Assembly (NCBI GenBank): GCA_016875735.1
Contig: VGOW01000007.1
Span: forward strand, 5,844-69,843
Direction: 5' to 3'
Source of the DNA: Chloroflexota bacterium
GTDB taxonomy: Bacteria; Chloroflexota; Anaerolineae; Anaerolineales; VGOW01
Length of the DNA stretch: 64,000 nt
Of this stretch, positions 9,133 through 18,325 are shown in pieces. Each line of letters opens with the position of its first letter. Within the stretch, counting starts at the first letter, position 1. Below the pieces are notes generated by a model, which made no database searches, was not told where the DNA came from, and worked only from the letters and a program-made list of their open reading frames with translations. The position numbers were made by a program, and so were the translations under genes.

Positions 9133-9207
9133 TTCACCGCCGAGTGCGCCGAGTTCGTAGAGAAAAACCAAAAGAAACTCTGCGCTCTCTGTGTGCTCCG
9201 CGGTGAA
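9133..9207. repeat. Imperfect 30+30 nt inverted repeat (word family ctctgcg/cgcagag)
   Basis: Left arm ttcaccgccgagtgcgccgagttcgtagag (9133..9162), loop 9163..9177, right arm ctctgcgctctctgtgtgctccgcggtgaa (9178..9207). Most non-Watson-Crick positions are G.U-compatible. Related copy at 27136..27192. Confidence 0.7.
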
Positions 9208-9232
9208 AACTCCTAATCCGCCAGAGGTCGAT

Positions 9233-9628
9233 ATGAGTGAACACAAATCTCAGTTTGGCCAAGGGACGGGCGGCGCGGCTCTGCCGGTGAAGGTTGTGCC
9301 GCGGGCGAGCAAAAACGAAATCGTCGGCGTGGGAACGGATGGCGCGTTGAAGATTCGAGTGACGGCGCCCCCCGTGGAAGGCGCGGCCAACGAAGCCGTC
9401 ATCGAACTGCTGGCCGATGCGCTGGGCCTGCCCAAATCGAACTTTGATATTGTGGCCGGGCTGACCAACACCAACAAACTGGTGAGCATCATCGGCATGA
9501 GCCCGGCGCAGGTGGATGAGAAGTTGAGGCAGAAAGCGGCCAAACCGGCCAAAGCAAAGAAACCGGCGAAGGCGGCCAAAGCAAAGCCGAAGGCCAAAGC
9601 CAAAACCGCAAAGAAGAAAAAGAAGTGA
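9233..9628 (+). CDS. DUF167 (YggU) family protein with Lys/Ala-rich tail
   Basis: LPVKVVPRASKNEIVGVGTDGALKIRVTAPPVEGAANEAVIELLADALGLPKSNFDIVAG matches DUF167. Start moved to MSEHKSQ because upstream codons lie in the repeat arm. Confidence 0.85.
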   Translation: MSEHKSQFGQGTGGAALPVKVVPRASKNEIVGVGTDGALKIRVTAPPVEGAANEAVIELLADALGLPKSNFDIVAGLTNTNKLVSIIGMSPAQVDEKLRQKAAKPAKAKKPAKAAKAKPKAKAKTAKKKKK

Positions 9629-9643
9629 TGACGAAGAGGATCG

Positions 9644-9673
9644 AAAACGGCGCAACGTGTGCGCCGTTTTTTT
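9644..9673. terminator. Bidirectional intrinsic terminator
   Basis: AAAACGGCGCA-ACGTG-TGCGCCGTTTTTTT sits between convergent genes ending at 9628 and 9694. Confidence 0.85.
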
Positions 9674-9693
9674 GATTCATGCGAGGGGGAGCA

Positions 9694-10083
9694 TCAACGT
9701 TTCTTCTTCCCTTTTGCGGCGGCCTTTGCCAAATTCTCCTTCACCCGAAACTTCACGATTTTGCCTATCAAACCGAGAGGCATGGGTTTGTCCAATGGGA
9801 ACCTCACCGAGCCTTTCCCACCTTCATAAGCCGACAACTCTTTCTTGAACTTCTCGATCCCTGTCGGCACGGGGTAAAACCCGATATGATTTTGGAAAGC
9901 GGCAAAGTGAACCAAGTTGCCTTTCAGGGTGAAGGTCGGCATTCGATACTTGATCGTCTCTTCCGCGTCCGGCGCCGCTTTCCGTATCGTCGTCCTTATC
10001 TTTTCCAGAATCTCTTGAACATCCGGCGGGAAGCCGGCAATGTAGTCATCGATGGTCTTGGACGCTGTTGGCGAAGTTTTCAT
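9694..10083 (-). CDS. DUF1801 (YdhG-like) domain protein
   Basis: TIDDYIAGFPPDVQEILEKIRTTIRKAAPDAEETIKYRMPTFTLKGNLVHFAAFQNHIGFYP is the typical DUF1801 pattern. Confidence 0.75.
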   Translation of the reverse strand: MKTSPTASKTIDDYIAGFPPDVQEILEKIRTTIRKAAPDAEETIKYRMPTFTLKGNLVHFAAFQNHIGFYPVPTGIEKFKKELSAYEGGKGSVRFPLDKPMPLGLIGKIVKFRVKENLAKAAAKGKKKR

Positions 10084-10106
10084 GTTTTCCCTTCGTCGCG
10101 TGCGGG

Positions 10107-10517
10107 TTATGCTGAGGCGGTGATGAATGCAGCTAGCGATACCGCTATTTGGCGAAAGTCTTTCAGGCTCTGCTTATCCATGGTCACCAAGGAAGCCCCC
10201 AAATCCTGGGCCAGCGCCACAAACTCGCAATCATAAGCCGAGCAGGTGCTTGCCGCCGCGAGCCTCAGCACATGCCGCGAGTCGACTTCATACTCTTGAT
10301 CCTCCATCAGAGCAAGTGCTTCGTTCATGATCTGTTGGCTTGCTTCCAGCGATAACCACCCTTTTCGAACATAGAGCGCAAGAACGTTACGAAATTCGCT
10401 TCGCCACAGCATTGGCGCAACCCACTGTGCGTCTTTGAGCAACGCTTGTTCGGCCTGCCGGGAATGCTGGCTCTCCAAATACAAATAGCCGATCAGATTC
10501 GTATCGACGACGATCAT
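10107..10517 (-). CDS. vapC: PIN-domain toxin VapC
   Basis: MIVVDTNLIGYL (first acidic residue) and later acidic positions (SEF, AYDCEF). Its start overlaps the antitoxin stop by 4 nt. Confidence 0.85.
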   Translation of the reverse strand: MIVVDTNLIGYLYLESQHSRQAEQALLKDAQWVAPMLWRSEFRNVLALYVRKGWLSLEASQQIMNEALALMEDQEYEVDSRHVLRLAAASTCSAYDCEFVALAQDLGASLVTMDKQSLKDFRQIAVSLAAFITASA

Positions 10518-10756
10518 AGCCGGCCTGCATGTTTGGCGGCTTTGAACTCACGGTCGGTGAGGGAATGGCTCTTAGTCTTGTGGCGTAAATGGCGCGCGCG
10601 CGCCAATAGCGCTTCGGGGTCTATCTTCCGGCCTAGCACCCCACGCTCGATATGGGTGATGATTTCGCTGTTGATACTGCGGCGATTCGCGGCGGCAGAC
10701 TGCTTGAGCAGGTCATACACATCTGGGGGGATGTTTTTGACAGTGATGGTTGGCAC
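10514..10756 (-). CDS. vapB: RHH/FitA-like antitoxin VapB
   Basis: MPTITVKNIPPDVYDLLKQSAAANRRSINSEIITHIE is the Arc/MetJ-type ribbon-helix-helix N-terminus typical of FitA/VapB antitoxins. Confidence 0.8.
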   Translation of the reverse strand: MPTITVKNIPPDVYDLLKQSAAANRRSINSEIITHIERGVLGRKIDPEALLARARHLRHKTKSHSLTDREFKAAKHAGRL

Positions 10757-10822
10757 GACCGGCCTCCATTTTGGTTACAAGATGGAACCATTATGGTAGT
10801 AGCGCGCACTGCTGTCAAGTGG

Positions 10823-13243
10823 TCATATCGCCAGCCTCTGCCCGGTGGCCATGGCAATGCTTACCACCGATTTGTAGGCCATGTCGCGCAGATGAGGCAG
10901 GTTCTCGCGCGCGGCGGCGGTGAGCAGTGGAACGGCATCGGCGGCGGCCATGCGCCCGAGATGATCGGCGGCGGCCATACGCACTTGCTCATCGCCTTCC
11001 TTCAGCGCATCGAGCATCGCCGCGCGAGCCGCCGCGCCGGTGGGCACGCCGCGCCCTTTGCCCGCCGCATACGCCGCCAGCCAGCCGGTCTGATCGATGG
11101 GCGGCAGGGGTTTGGGAGAATGATCGGGCGGCGTCTGCAAATCGTGAAAGGCGGCTTCGGCGGCGGAGCGCACAATCCATTGGCTGTCTTCGATGTACAT
11201 TTTCTCCAGCCGCTCCATCACCCAATCTTGTTTGCCCACACGGAGCATACCGGCCACCGCGCCCCGCCGCAGAACCACATCGCTGTCGGCCAGCGCCTCT
11301 TTCAACATCGCCTGCCCGTCGGTGATGTGCAGGGCCAGCGCCTCGCAAACGGCGCGGCGCATGTTCTCGTTGCCCTCGAGCAAGGCGCGGCCCAACGCCT
11401 CGATTGAATTCTGATCGCCGATGACGGCCAGCGCCAGCCCCGCCGTCCAACGCGCGTAAAGGTCTTCGTCGCCGTGAAGCAGTTTAACCAGATCGGGCAC
11501 AGCGGTGTTATCGCCCAACGCGCCGAGCGCCGCCGCCGAATACTGCCGCGAGAGCGGATCGGGCGAAGCCAAACTTTGCCTGAGCAGTTTGCTCACGTTT
11601 TTATCGCGCGCCGCCGTCAGCGCGCACACCGCGCGCATCCGCAGCTGCGACGGCATTTTGGCGTTGATAAAGAATTGCGCGAGCCGCCGCAAAATGTCTG
11701 CGCGCCACGGCGCATTGGAGGGCGCATCGCTGAGCCACGAAGCAATGGTGAACAGATCCGATTGCATGGCATCGGGCGGCGTGCTGAGTCGTTGAGCCAC
11801 GAGCGCCGAAGCGTTCGCCAGCGTGGCGTAAAAGCGCAGGGCCGTTCCCCACGCAGGCGATTGCTGCACCGCGCCCATCGCTTCGGGCGATTCGTTCACC
11901 GCGCTCCACTTGGCGGCCAGATACGCGCCCACCACCGGATGGGCAAACGACACTCGCCCCCCGGCCCGCTTCGCCAACAACCCGCCCCGCCCGGCCAACT
12001 CATCCACCACATCCTGCGGATCGGCATTGGACGGCACGGGCACTTCGACGCGCGCAGTGTTCACCAACTCCACCAGCCGCTCGCGGGCGAGGCCGTATCG
12101 ATCGTGCGAAAGCATTTGCCCGGCGCAGCGCTCGAACGCGCGGCGGGCTTCGGGCGCGCGCGCGAATCGTTTGACGTATGTTTCGATCCAATCCACCGGG
12201 CGCGGGCCTTCGGCGTCGCCCGCAAGCCCGGTCCAAATCTTGAGCGTGACTTCGAGAGGCGTCCGCCTCACACTGCCGCCCGACAACCAGCCTTCGACCA
12301 GCGCCGGTTCGATCTGTTCTTTGGGGCGCCGCCTCCGCGCCGCCAACAGTTTCTCCCACGCATCCACCCACTTGCTCACCAATGAACGATAGTCCACGGG
12401 CGACCACCCGCCGATGGACACCGCCGCAAAATCCAAAGCCAACAGCGGCGCGTGGCCGACGACCGGGCCGGTGGCAATGATGCGAGTCTGATGATGAGCG
12501 GTGATGAAATTTTTGAGCCACTCCAACACCAGCGATTGATGCGCGGGCGGCAAGTCTTCGAGGCCGTCGAGGAGGAGAAGCACGCTGCCGTTTTTGAGCG
12601 CGGTTCGGAAGTAGCCGGGAAAGGCCGGGGCGACGATGGCGCTCAGTTTAGCGGAGGCGGCGTCAATGATCGGTTGGGCTACGTCGGTCTTTTCGGCCAG
12701 AGGCAGTTCGAGATCGCCGGCGTGCACCATCACCGGCACAACCGGCTTCGGAAAGAAATCTTCGTCGAGGGCGGCGGCGCGCAATCCGAGATGAATGAGG
12801 GCGAGGGTTTTGCCCATGCCGGGTTTGCCGAGAATGGCGATGTGGCCGGGCGCGCGGGCCAGATCGCGCGGGGTGTGAAAGGCGGCTTGATACACGCCGG
12901 GCAGTTCGGGGTAATCGAGGGTGGCCGGGATGAGTCGATTGATGTCGTGATCTGGATTTTGATTCGGCTCGTAGGGAGACTCGTCGGCCCAAAAGCGCGG
13001 CGCGATGAGAATGTCGTCGAGAGCAACGAGCGACCCGGCGAGGTGCGCCGTCTGCCACACGGCGATCACATCCTGCCGGTAGCGTTGATCGGCGCCGGAG
13101 GCGAGGCGCTCGCGCAGGCCCGTGAACGATTCGAGGAAGCGATCGCGCAGGGCGAACAAGCGCGCGCGAAGGCGATAGGCCAGCGCGAACAGCGCGCACG
13201 CGGCGAGGAAGCCGAGAAGAAAAGAAAGGAAATCGAATCTCAC
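10823..13243 (-). CDS. Membrane-anchored NACHT-like P-loop NTPase with C-terminal HEAT repeats
   Basis: N-terminal TM helix (FLSFLLGFLAACALFALAY). Walker A ILGKPGMGKT and Walker B LLLLDGLED. C-terminal PBS-lyase/HEAT-like repeats (AAALGALGD..AVPDLVKLL...ALAVIGD..SIEALGRAL). Confidence 0.8.
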   Translation of the reverse strand: MRFDFLSFLLGFLAACALFALAYRLRARLFALRDRFLESFTGLRERLASGADQRYRQDVIAVWQTAHLAGSLVALDDILIAPRFWADESPYEPNQNPDHDINRLIPATLDYPELPGVYQAAFHTPRDLARAPGHIAILGKPGMGKTLALIHLGLRAAALDEDFFPKPVVPVMVHAGDLELPLAEKTDVAQPIIDAASAKLSAIVAPAFPGYFRTALKNGSVLLLLDGLEDLPPAHQSLVLEWLKNFITAHHQTRIIATGPVVGHAPLLALDFAAVSIGGWSPVDYRSLVSKWVDAWEKLLAARRRRPKEQIEPALVEGWLSGGSVRRTPLEVTLKIWTGLAGDAEGPRPVDWIETYVKRFARAPEARRAFERCAGQMLSHDRYGLARERLVELVNTARVEVPVPSNADPQDVVDELAGRGGLLAKRAGGRVSFAHPVVGAYLAAKWSAVNESPEAMGAVQQSPAWGTALRFYATLANASALVAQRLSTPPDAMQSDLFTIASWLSDAPSNAPWRADILRRLAQFFINAKMPSQLRMRAVCALTAARDKNVSKLLRQSLASPDPLSRQYSAAALGALGDNTAVPDLVKLLHGDEDLYARWTAGLALAVIGDQNSIEALGRALLEGNENMRRAVCEALALHITDGQAMLKEALADSDVVLRRGAVAGMLRVGKQDWVMERLEKMYIEDSQWIVRSAAEAAFHDLQTPPDHSPKPLPPIDQTGWLAAYAAGKGRGVPTGAAARAAMLDALKEGDEQVRMAAADHLGRMAAADAVPLLTAAARENLPHLRDMAYKSVVSIAMATGQRLAI

Positions 13244-13247
13244 GCGA

Positions 13248-14030
13248 TTACCACCGCTGAATCATCTCGTCTTCTCTGTCGTCGGTGTCGGTGTAGCCTT
13301 TGCCCTGCTCGGCGTAGAGGATTCTGCCGCAGTTGCCGCAGTGCACCAACTCGCCGCCCTGCCGCGCCGCTTGAATGCGCGACGACGACGGCGCGACTCC
13401 GCAGGCGCTGCACGTCCCCTCCACGAGCAGTGACACAGCGCTGCCGCGCTTCTGTTTGCGGAGCGACTCGTAAGTCGCGCGGTCTTCGGCGGGGATGCTG
13501 ATGAGCGCCGCTTCGCGCTCGCCGCCAAGTTTGGCGATGAGGGCCCCGAGGGCGCTTTTGTCTTTCAGCAGGTCGCGCTCTTCTTCGGCGCGGGCGGCCT
13601 CGACGGCGGCCAGTTCGGATTTGGCGGCGGCCTCCTTTTTCTCGGCGGCCTCCACCGCGTCCATCGCGCTCAATTGCTGTTCGTCGAGTCCTTCGCGCTT
13701 GCGCTTGAGCGAGTCGATCTCGGTTTGCAAATCTTTCAACTCGCGCGGGTTTTTGATCTTGCCGCTGTACAAACGATCTTCGGACTCTTTGATTTTGGCG
13801 GAGACGGTTTGGTTTTCGTCGTCGAGGGTTTTGGCGGCGCGGCGGGCGGCGGCCAATTCGGATCCCACCGCAGTGAGATCGGCTTGCGCTTGTTGCACAG
13901 CGGGGTTGCTGGCCAGTTTGGCTTGCGTCTCGGCCAACTGCGCCCGCCGCTGATCGAGGTCGGCGTCAATCTTGTGCAGGCGGTAGATGGTAGAAGCGCG
14001 GCTCACGGCGGGGATTATAAACCGAATCAC
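13248..14030 (-). CDS. Coiled-coil C4 zinc-ribbon protein (COG1579/DUF164-like)
   Basis: Long heptad-rich region followed by CSACGV...HCGNCGRILY. It ends 4 nt before the NACHT gene start. Confidence 0.75.
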   Translation of the reverse strand: MIRFIIPAVSRASTIYRLHKIDADLDQRRAQLAETQAKLASNPAVQQAQADLTAVGSELAAARRAAKTLDDENQTVSAKIKESEDRLYSGKIKNPRELKDLQTEIDSLKRKREGLDEQQLSAMDAVEAAEKKEAAAKSELAAVEAARAEEERDLLKDKSALGALIAKLGGEREAALISIPAEDRATYESLRKQKRGSAVSLLVEGTCSACGVAPSSSRIQAARQGGELVHCGNCGRILYAEQGKGYTDTDDREDEMIQRW

Positions 14031-14053
14031 AACGAAGGTTTATAATCTGCTCG

Positions 14054-15334
14054 ATGACCACCCACGAGATCAACTACTTCGACGAGGCCGCCATCAGCGT
14101 GAAGGCTGGCGACGGCGGCGACGGCATCGTGAGTTTCCGGCGCGAGAAGTTCGTGCCCGCGGGCGGCCCGGCCGGCGGCGACGGCGGGCGCGGCGGCTCG
14201 GCCTATCTCGTCTGCGATCCGACTCTCAACACGCTGTACGTCTTTCAACACAAGCAAAAATATCACGCCGAGAACGGCAAACCGGGTGGCCGCAAAAACA
14301 TGAGCGGCAGATCGGGTAACGATGTCGAGATCAAAGTTCCCCCCGGCACGGTCGTTTACGACGCCGACACTGCCGACGTGCTGGGCGACATCACCGAGAA
14401 AGGGCAACGACTGCTGGTGGCCAAAGGCGGCAAAGGCGGGCGCGGCAACCAACACTTTGCCACATCGCGCAATCAGGCCCCGCGCATCGCCGAGAAAGGC
14501 GAACCGGGCGAGGCGCGCGAACTTCGGCTCGAACTCAAACTGATCGCCGACATCGGAATCGTCGGCGTCCCCAACGCGGGCAAGTCAACCTTCCTCGCCG
14601 CAGTGAGCGCGGCCAAACCGAAGATCGCCAATTATCCGTTCACGACTCTCATCCCCAATCTCGGCGTGGCCGATCTCGGCAGCTATTCCACCGTTGTGCT
14701 GGCCGACATTCCCGGCCTCATCGAAGGCGCGCACATGGGCGCAGGACTCGGCTTCGCTTTTCTGCGGCACATCCAGCGCACGCGCGTGCTCATTCATTTG
14801 CTCGACGGCCTCTCGGCCAACCCCGTCGGCGACTTCGGACAAATCCTCAGCGAACTTTCGCTGTTCGACGAGCGGCTGGCGCAAAAGCCAATGATCGTGG
14901 CCCTGAACAAAATGGATGTGCCCGAAGCCGGAGAGAAGTGGCCGGGCGTAAAAAGTGAAATCGAGAAACGCGGCTACGAGATCATAGCCATCTCGGCGGC
15001 GGGGCGGCTGGGCGCCCGCGAACTGCTCAACCGCGCCAGCCAGTTGCTCGCCGACTCTCCTCCCGCCCCCACGTACGAAGCCCTGCCCGTTTATCGCCCC
15101 GCGCCCGACCCGAATGCGTTCGAGATTCAGCGCGAGGGCGAAAGCGTGTGGCGTGTGAGCGGACAGAAGATCGAACGCGCGGCGCAGATGACGTATTGGG
15201 AATACGAAGACTCGACTCGCCGCTTCCAAAAGATTCTCGAAGCCCTCGGCATCCGCCGCGCGCTGAGCGAGGCCGGAGTGAAAGAAGGCGATACGGTGAT
15301 CATCGGCGAGGCAGAATTGGAGTGGAGTGATTGA
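14054..15334 (+). CDS. obg: GTPase Obg/CgtA
   Basis: Glycine-rich Obg fold FDEAAISVKAGDGGDGIVSFRREKF..GGPAGGDGGRGG, G-domain GVPNAGKST and DIPGLIEGA, plus a C-terminal OCT-like domain. Confidence 0.95.
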   Translation: MTTHEINYFDEAAISVKAGDGGDGIVSFRREKFVPAGGPAGGDGGRGGSAYLVCDPTLNTLYVFQHKQKYHAENGKPGGRKNMSGRSGNDVEIKVPPGTVVYDADTADVLGDITEKGQRLLVAKGGKGGRGNQHFATSRNQAPRIAEKGEPGEARELRLELKLIADIGIVGVPNAGKSTFLAAVSAAKPKIANYPFTTLIPNLGVADLGSYSTVVLADIPGLIEGAHMGAGLGFAFLRHIQRTRVLIHLLDGLSANPVGDFGQILSELSLFDERLAQKPMIVALNKMDVPEAGEKWPGVKSEIEKRGYEIIAISAAGRLGARELLNRASQLLADSPPAPTYEALPVYRPAPDPNAFEIQREGESVWRVSGQKIERAAQMTYWEYEDSTRRFQKILEALGIRRALSEAGVKEGDTVIIGEAELEWSD

Positions 15335-15944
15335 CAATCAGCAATCAGTGAAACTCGGCCTCTTCGGCGGCACGTTCGATCCCCCACATCTCGGTCATCT
15401 CATTTTGGCCGAAGCCGCGCGCGATCAACTGAGTCTCGACAAAGTGCTGTGGGTCGTCGCCGGGCAATCGCCGCTCAAACAGGATCGGGCGATCAGCCCG
15501 GCAGAGATTCGGGCGGAGATGGTGGAAGCCGCCATCGCGGGCAACCCCGCCTTTGCCCTCTCGCGCATCGATCTCGACCGCCCCGCCCCGCACTACACCC
15601 TCGACACGCTCAAACTGCTGGGGCGCGAATTCCCAAACGCTGAATTGTATTTTTTGATGGGAGAAGATTCGCTGGCCGACTTGCCCCGCTGGCGGAGTCC
15701 CGATGAGATCGTCGGCCTGTGCTGGCTGGCTGTGTCACGGAGGCCGGGAACGGATTTCAGTTTGAGCGCGGTCGAGTCAGCGGCGCCGGGAGCCTCGGCG
15801 CGAATCCGGTGGATCCAATCGCCGCAGATCGAGATCGCCTCCAGCGATATTCGGCGGCGCATCGGCGAGGGGCGCACGGTGCGATACCTGCTGCCGCCGG
15901 GGGTTCACGAGATCATCGTTCGCGAGGGGTTGTATAGCAAGTAG
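15327..15944 (+). CDS. nadD: Nicotinate-nucleotide adenylyltransferase NadD
   Basis: GLFGGTFDPPHLGHL (H/TxGH motif) and the SSDIRRRI motif. It overlaps the obg end by 8 nt. Confidence 0.9.
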   Translation: MIDNQQSVKLGLFGGTFDPPHLGHLILAEAARDQLSLDKVLWVVAGQSPLKQDRAISPAEIRAEMVEAAIAGNPAFALSRIDLDRPAPHYTLDTLKLLGREFPNAELYFLMGEDSLADLPRWRSPDEIVGLCWLAVSRRPGTDFSLSAVESAAPGASARIRWIQSPQIEIASSDIRRRIGEGRTVRYLLPPGVHEIIVREGLYSK

Positions 15945-15979
15945 GCCCCTTGCATAACAAGGCAGACGAACTCCACCTC

Positions 15980-17329
15980 CTATCCAGCCTGCTGTTCATA
16001 GGTCTTTTGAATTAGTTTCGCCTTCATCTCGTATCTCGGCAGTGTCCCGGGCGGAAGAATCTCCACATTAGCGGAAAAGATCAGCTTGTCACGCAATAGG
16101 CCTTCGACATCGCGCTTCAACTCCGGCAGGTTTGAGGCTTCCGACCCATGCTCTACTTGAATCTTCAACGGCGGGTCAACCCGCGGACCAGGCGCATCAA
16201 GAATAATCTGTATTTCGCCAGTGGTGCGTGGGCGGAGAGACATGACCACGTCTTTGATCGCTGAGGGGAAGACATTGACGCCGAGCAAAATAAGCATGTC
16301 GTCGGTACGACCTACGCAACGAAGGCGCACACCTGTCCGGCCACAGGGGCAGGTTTCTGTCCAAGCAACCACTTGATCGCGCGTGCGAAAGCGCACCAAA
16401 GGCACGCATTGACGGTCAATGTGGGTGAAAACCAGTTCGCCACGCACTTCGGGATGGCTCATCGGAAGCACTACACCAGTGTCCGGGTCAATAATCTCAA
16501 GAATCACAAGATCGGGCGCAACGAAGTGCATCCCTGCCCGCTCGTCACACTCGCCTGCGTAGACCGGAATAACATCGGCGTTGCCAATTCCTTCTGTTAC
16601 GAATACACCCCAATCTTCTTCTATGCGCTTGCGGACTTCGGGTACACCCCCACCGGGTTCCGCGCCGACCTGAATTCGTTGAAGCCCCAATTTGCGCGGA
16701 TCCATATGGAATCTGCTCCGCACGTATTCGGCGAGGTACGTTGCGTACGAAGGTGTGCAAGTCAATTGATTTGCGCCAATGTTCTGAATGGATGTCACTA
16801 GCCGATCTGATGCGCCGGTGCCAATTGGAATGAATGTTGCTCCGATCTGCTCAGCAGCATCCTGCAAAGGAATGCCCCCAACGAAGAAACTTAACCCGAA
16901 GCCCATCGCCAAGATGGTATCTGGCCGTACCCCCTCCGCCCAGTATACCCGCGCCACGGACTCCATCCAACCATCGCGGTCATGGCGCGTGATGCCGACA
17001 TAACTCGGACGGCCTGTCGTCCCCGAGGAGGAGTGAATTCGAATCACATCTTCCATCTGCGCGGCAGCGTGCAAACCGAGCGGAGGTCGTTCGATCTGGC
17101 TGTCACGCAATTCCTCTTTCGTCGTGAAGGGGAGCCTTGCCAGATCATCGATGGTGCGAATGTCGGCCGGGTTGATTCCGTTCGCGTCGAAACGTCGGCG
17201 ATAAAACGTCGAGTACTCATAGTTGTAGGCCATCTGCCGCCGCAGTCTGTCCTCCTGCATGAGGCGGACACGATCCAGTGGCATAGTCTCAATATCTTGG
17301 TTAAAGTAGCGTGGATAGGATGTGGTCAT
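15980..17329 (-). CDS. PaaK / coenzyme F390 synthetase-family adenylate-forming CoA ligase
   Basis: 449 aa. SSGTTGRPS AMP-binding motif and overall COG1541-type layout. Last gene of the carboxylase operon. Confidence 0.85.
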   Translation of the reverse strand: MTTSYPRYFNQDIETMPLDRVRLMQEDRLRRQMAYNYEYSTFYRRRFDANGINPADIRTIDDLARLPFTTKEELRDSQIERPPLGLHAAAQMEDVIRIHSSSGTTGRPSYVGITRHDRDGWMESVARVYWAEGVRPDTILAMGFGLSFFVGGIPLQDAAEQIGATFIPIGTGASDRLVTSIQNIGANQLTCTPSYATYLAEYVRSRFHMDPRKLGLQRIQVGAEPGGGVPEVRKRIEEDWGVFVTEGIGNADVIPVYAGECDERAGMHFVAPDLVILEIIDPDTGVVLPMSHPEVRGELVFTHIDRQCVPLVRFRTRDQVVAWTETCPCGRTGVRLRCVGRTDDMLILLGVNVFPSAIKDVVMSLRPRTTGEIQIILDAPGPRVDPPLKIQVEHGSEASNLPELKRDVEGLLRDKLIFSANVEILPPGTLPRYEMKAKLIQKTYEQQAG

Positions 17330-18258
17330 ATGATTTGTCGGAGACTCCCGATCACGGCGCGCAAATCTTTTGGCTCCATCTCGTAGGGTAATTCTCCAGC
17401 CGTCGTGACCAGCACGCAGTTAGCAGTCCGCAAACGGCGGATTTCATCTAGCAAAGGCGGAGCAATAGGCATAGCGGGCAAGGCAATGCCGTAAGGGACC
17501 TCCGGCAAGCCGACTCCTTGCGAGGATTTCAGCAGGCTCTCGGTTGGCAAACATAGCACAGCCTCTGTTAACCCCACCCCGTTGTTTCCATTGGGCGCTT
17601 CTATGGCCAATACGACTGGCAGGGCTTCATAGAATCGCGCGACTCGGCAAAGCGTTTCTACCTGAGCAGACCATTGAAACTGCGTGGGGCTATCTTGGCT
17701 TGGAAGCCTCGGTTCAATTAACAGAATTAAATCGGCTCCAGCCTCACAGGCCAATCGCGCCGCCTGAAGAGTAGCGCCGCCAGCCAGCGCAAGATAGTCT
17801 GATAGTGTCGGGCCGTCCAGCCCCGATGTCGGAACGCCGATGTATTCGACCGTCGTCAACAAGCCCGGCAATGCTACGGCCAGTGCTACCCGCTCGCGCA
17901 GGACAACACGCAAGCGACGCAAGACTTCGAGCATGATCGGAATGCGCCCCCGATTCTCGATGTCGGTCGGGGCAATCGTAACGGGCGGCGCCAGCACCTG
18001 CGGCAGATCGGCCTCCCACCCAAGCCTTGCGCCTAAAGCCTCAGCGATGAGCGTTTGGTCGGCATAGCAACACAGCGCATCACACTGCAACGGCCCCTGC
18101 AGCTGGCGCAACCCATTTGCGATCTTGGTCGGATTGGAAAAGAACTGCTGGGGGGACATTCCTCCAACTTTGGCCGCCATAGCAAAGAACAGCGGCATGA
18201 AGATAGGGCGTGGGGGCACCGTCCCCGTTCGAGCTAGTTGCTTGACGAGTGCCTGCAC
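17326..18258 (-). CDS. URO-D/MtaA-like (uroporphyrinogen decarboxylase family) protein; function unknown
   Basis: 310 aa. The pattern ...QQFFSNPTKIANGLRQLQGPLQCDALCCYADQTLIAEALGARLGWEADLPQV resembles the URO-D/MtaA N-terminal region. This is a recollection-level match that needs an HMM search. Confidence 0.5.
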   Translation of the reverse strand: MQALVKQLARTGTVPPRPIFMPLFFAMAAKVGGMSPQQFFSNPTKIANGLRQLQGPLQCDALCCYADQTLIAEALGARLGWEADLPQVLAPPVTIAPTDIENRGRIPIMLEVLRRLRVVLRERVALAVALPGLLTTVEYIGVPTSGLDGPTLSDYLALAGGATLQAARLACEAGADLILLIEPRLPSQDSPTQFQWSAQVETLCRVARFYEALPVVLAIEAPNGNNGVGLTEAVLCLPTESLLKSSQGVGLPEVPYGIALPAMPIAPPLLDEIRRLRTANCVLVTTAGELPYEMEPKDLRAVIGSLRQII

Positions 18259-18325
18259 TCGTATTCCTCTCCGTCCGCTATCACTTCCTTGGCCGAATTA
18301 ACTCCGCAACCAGGGAGGAGGAGAA

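Noticed and set aside
12452-13501. 349-aa plus-strand ORF antisense to the NACHT and zinc-ribbon genes
   Set aside because: It spans two well-supported minus-strand genes and has no motifs. It is a high-GC shadow ORF.
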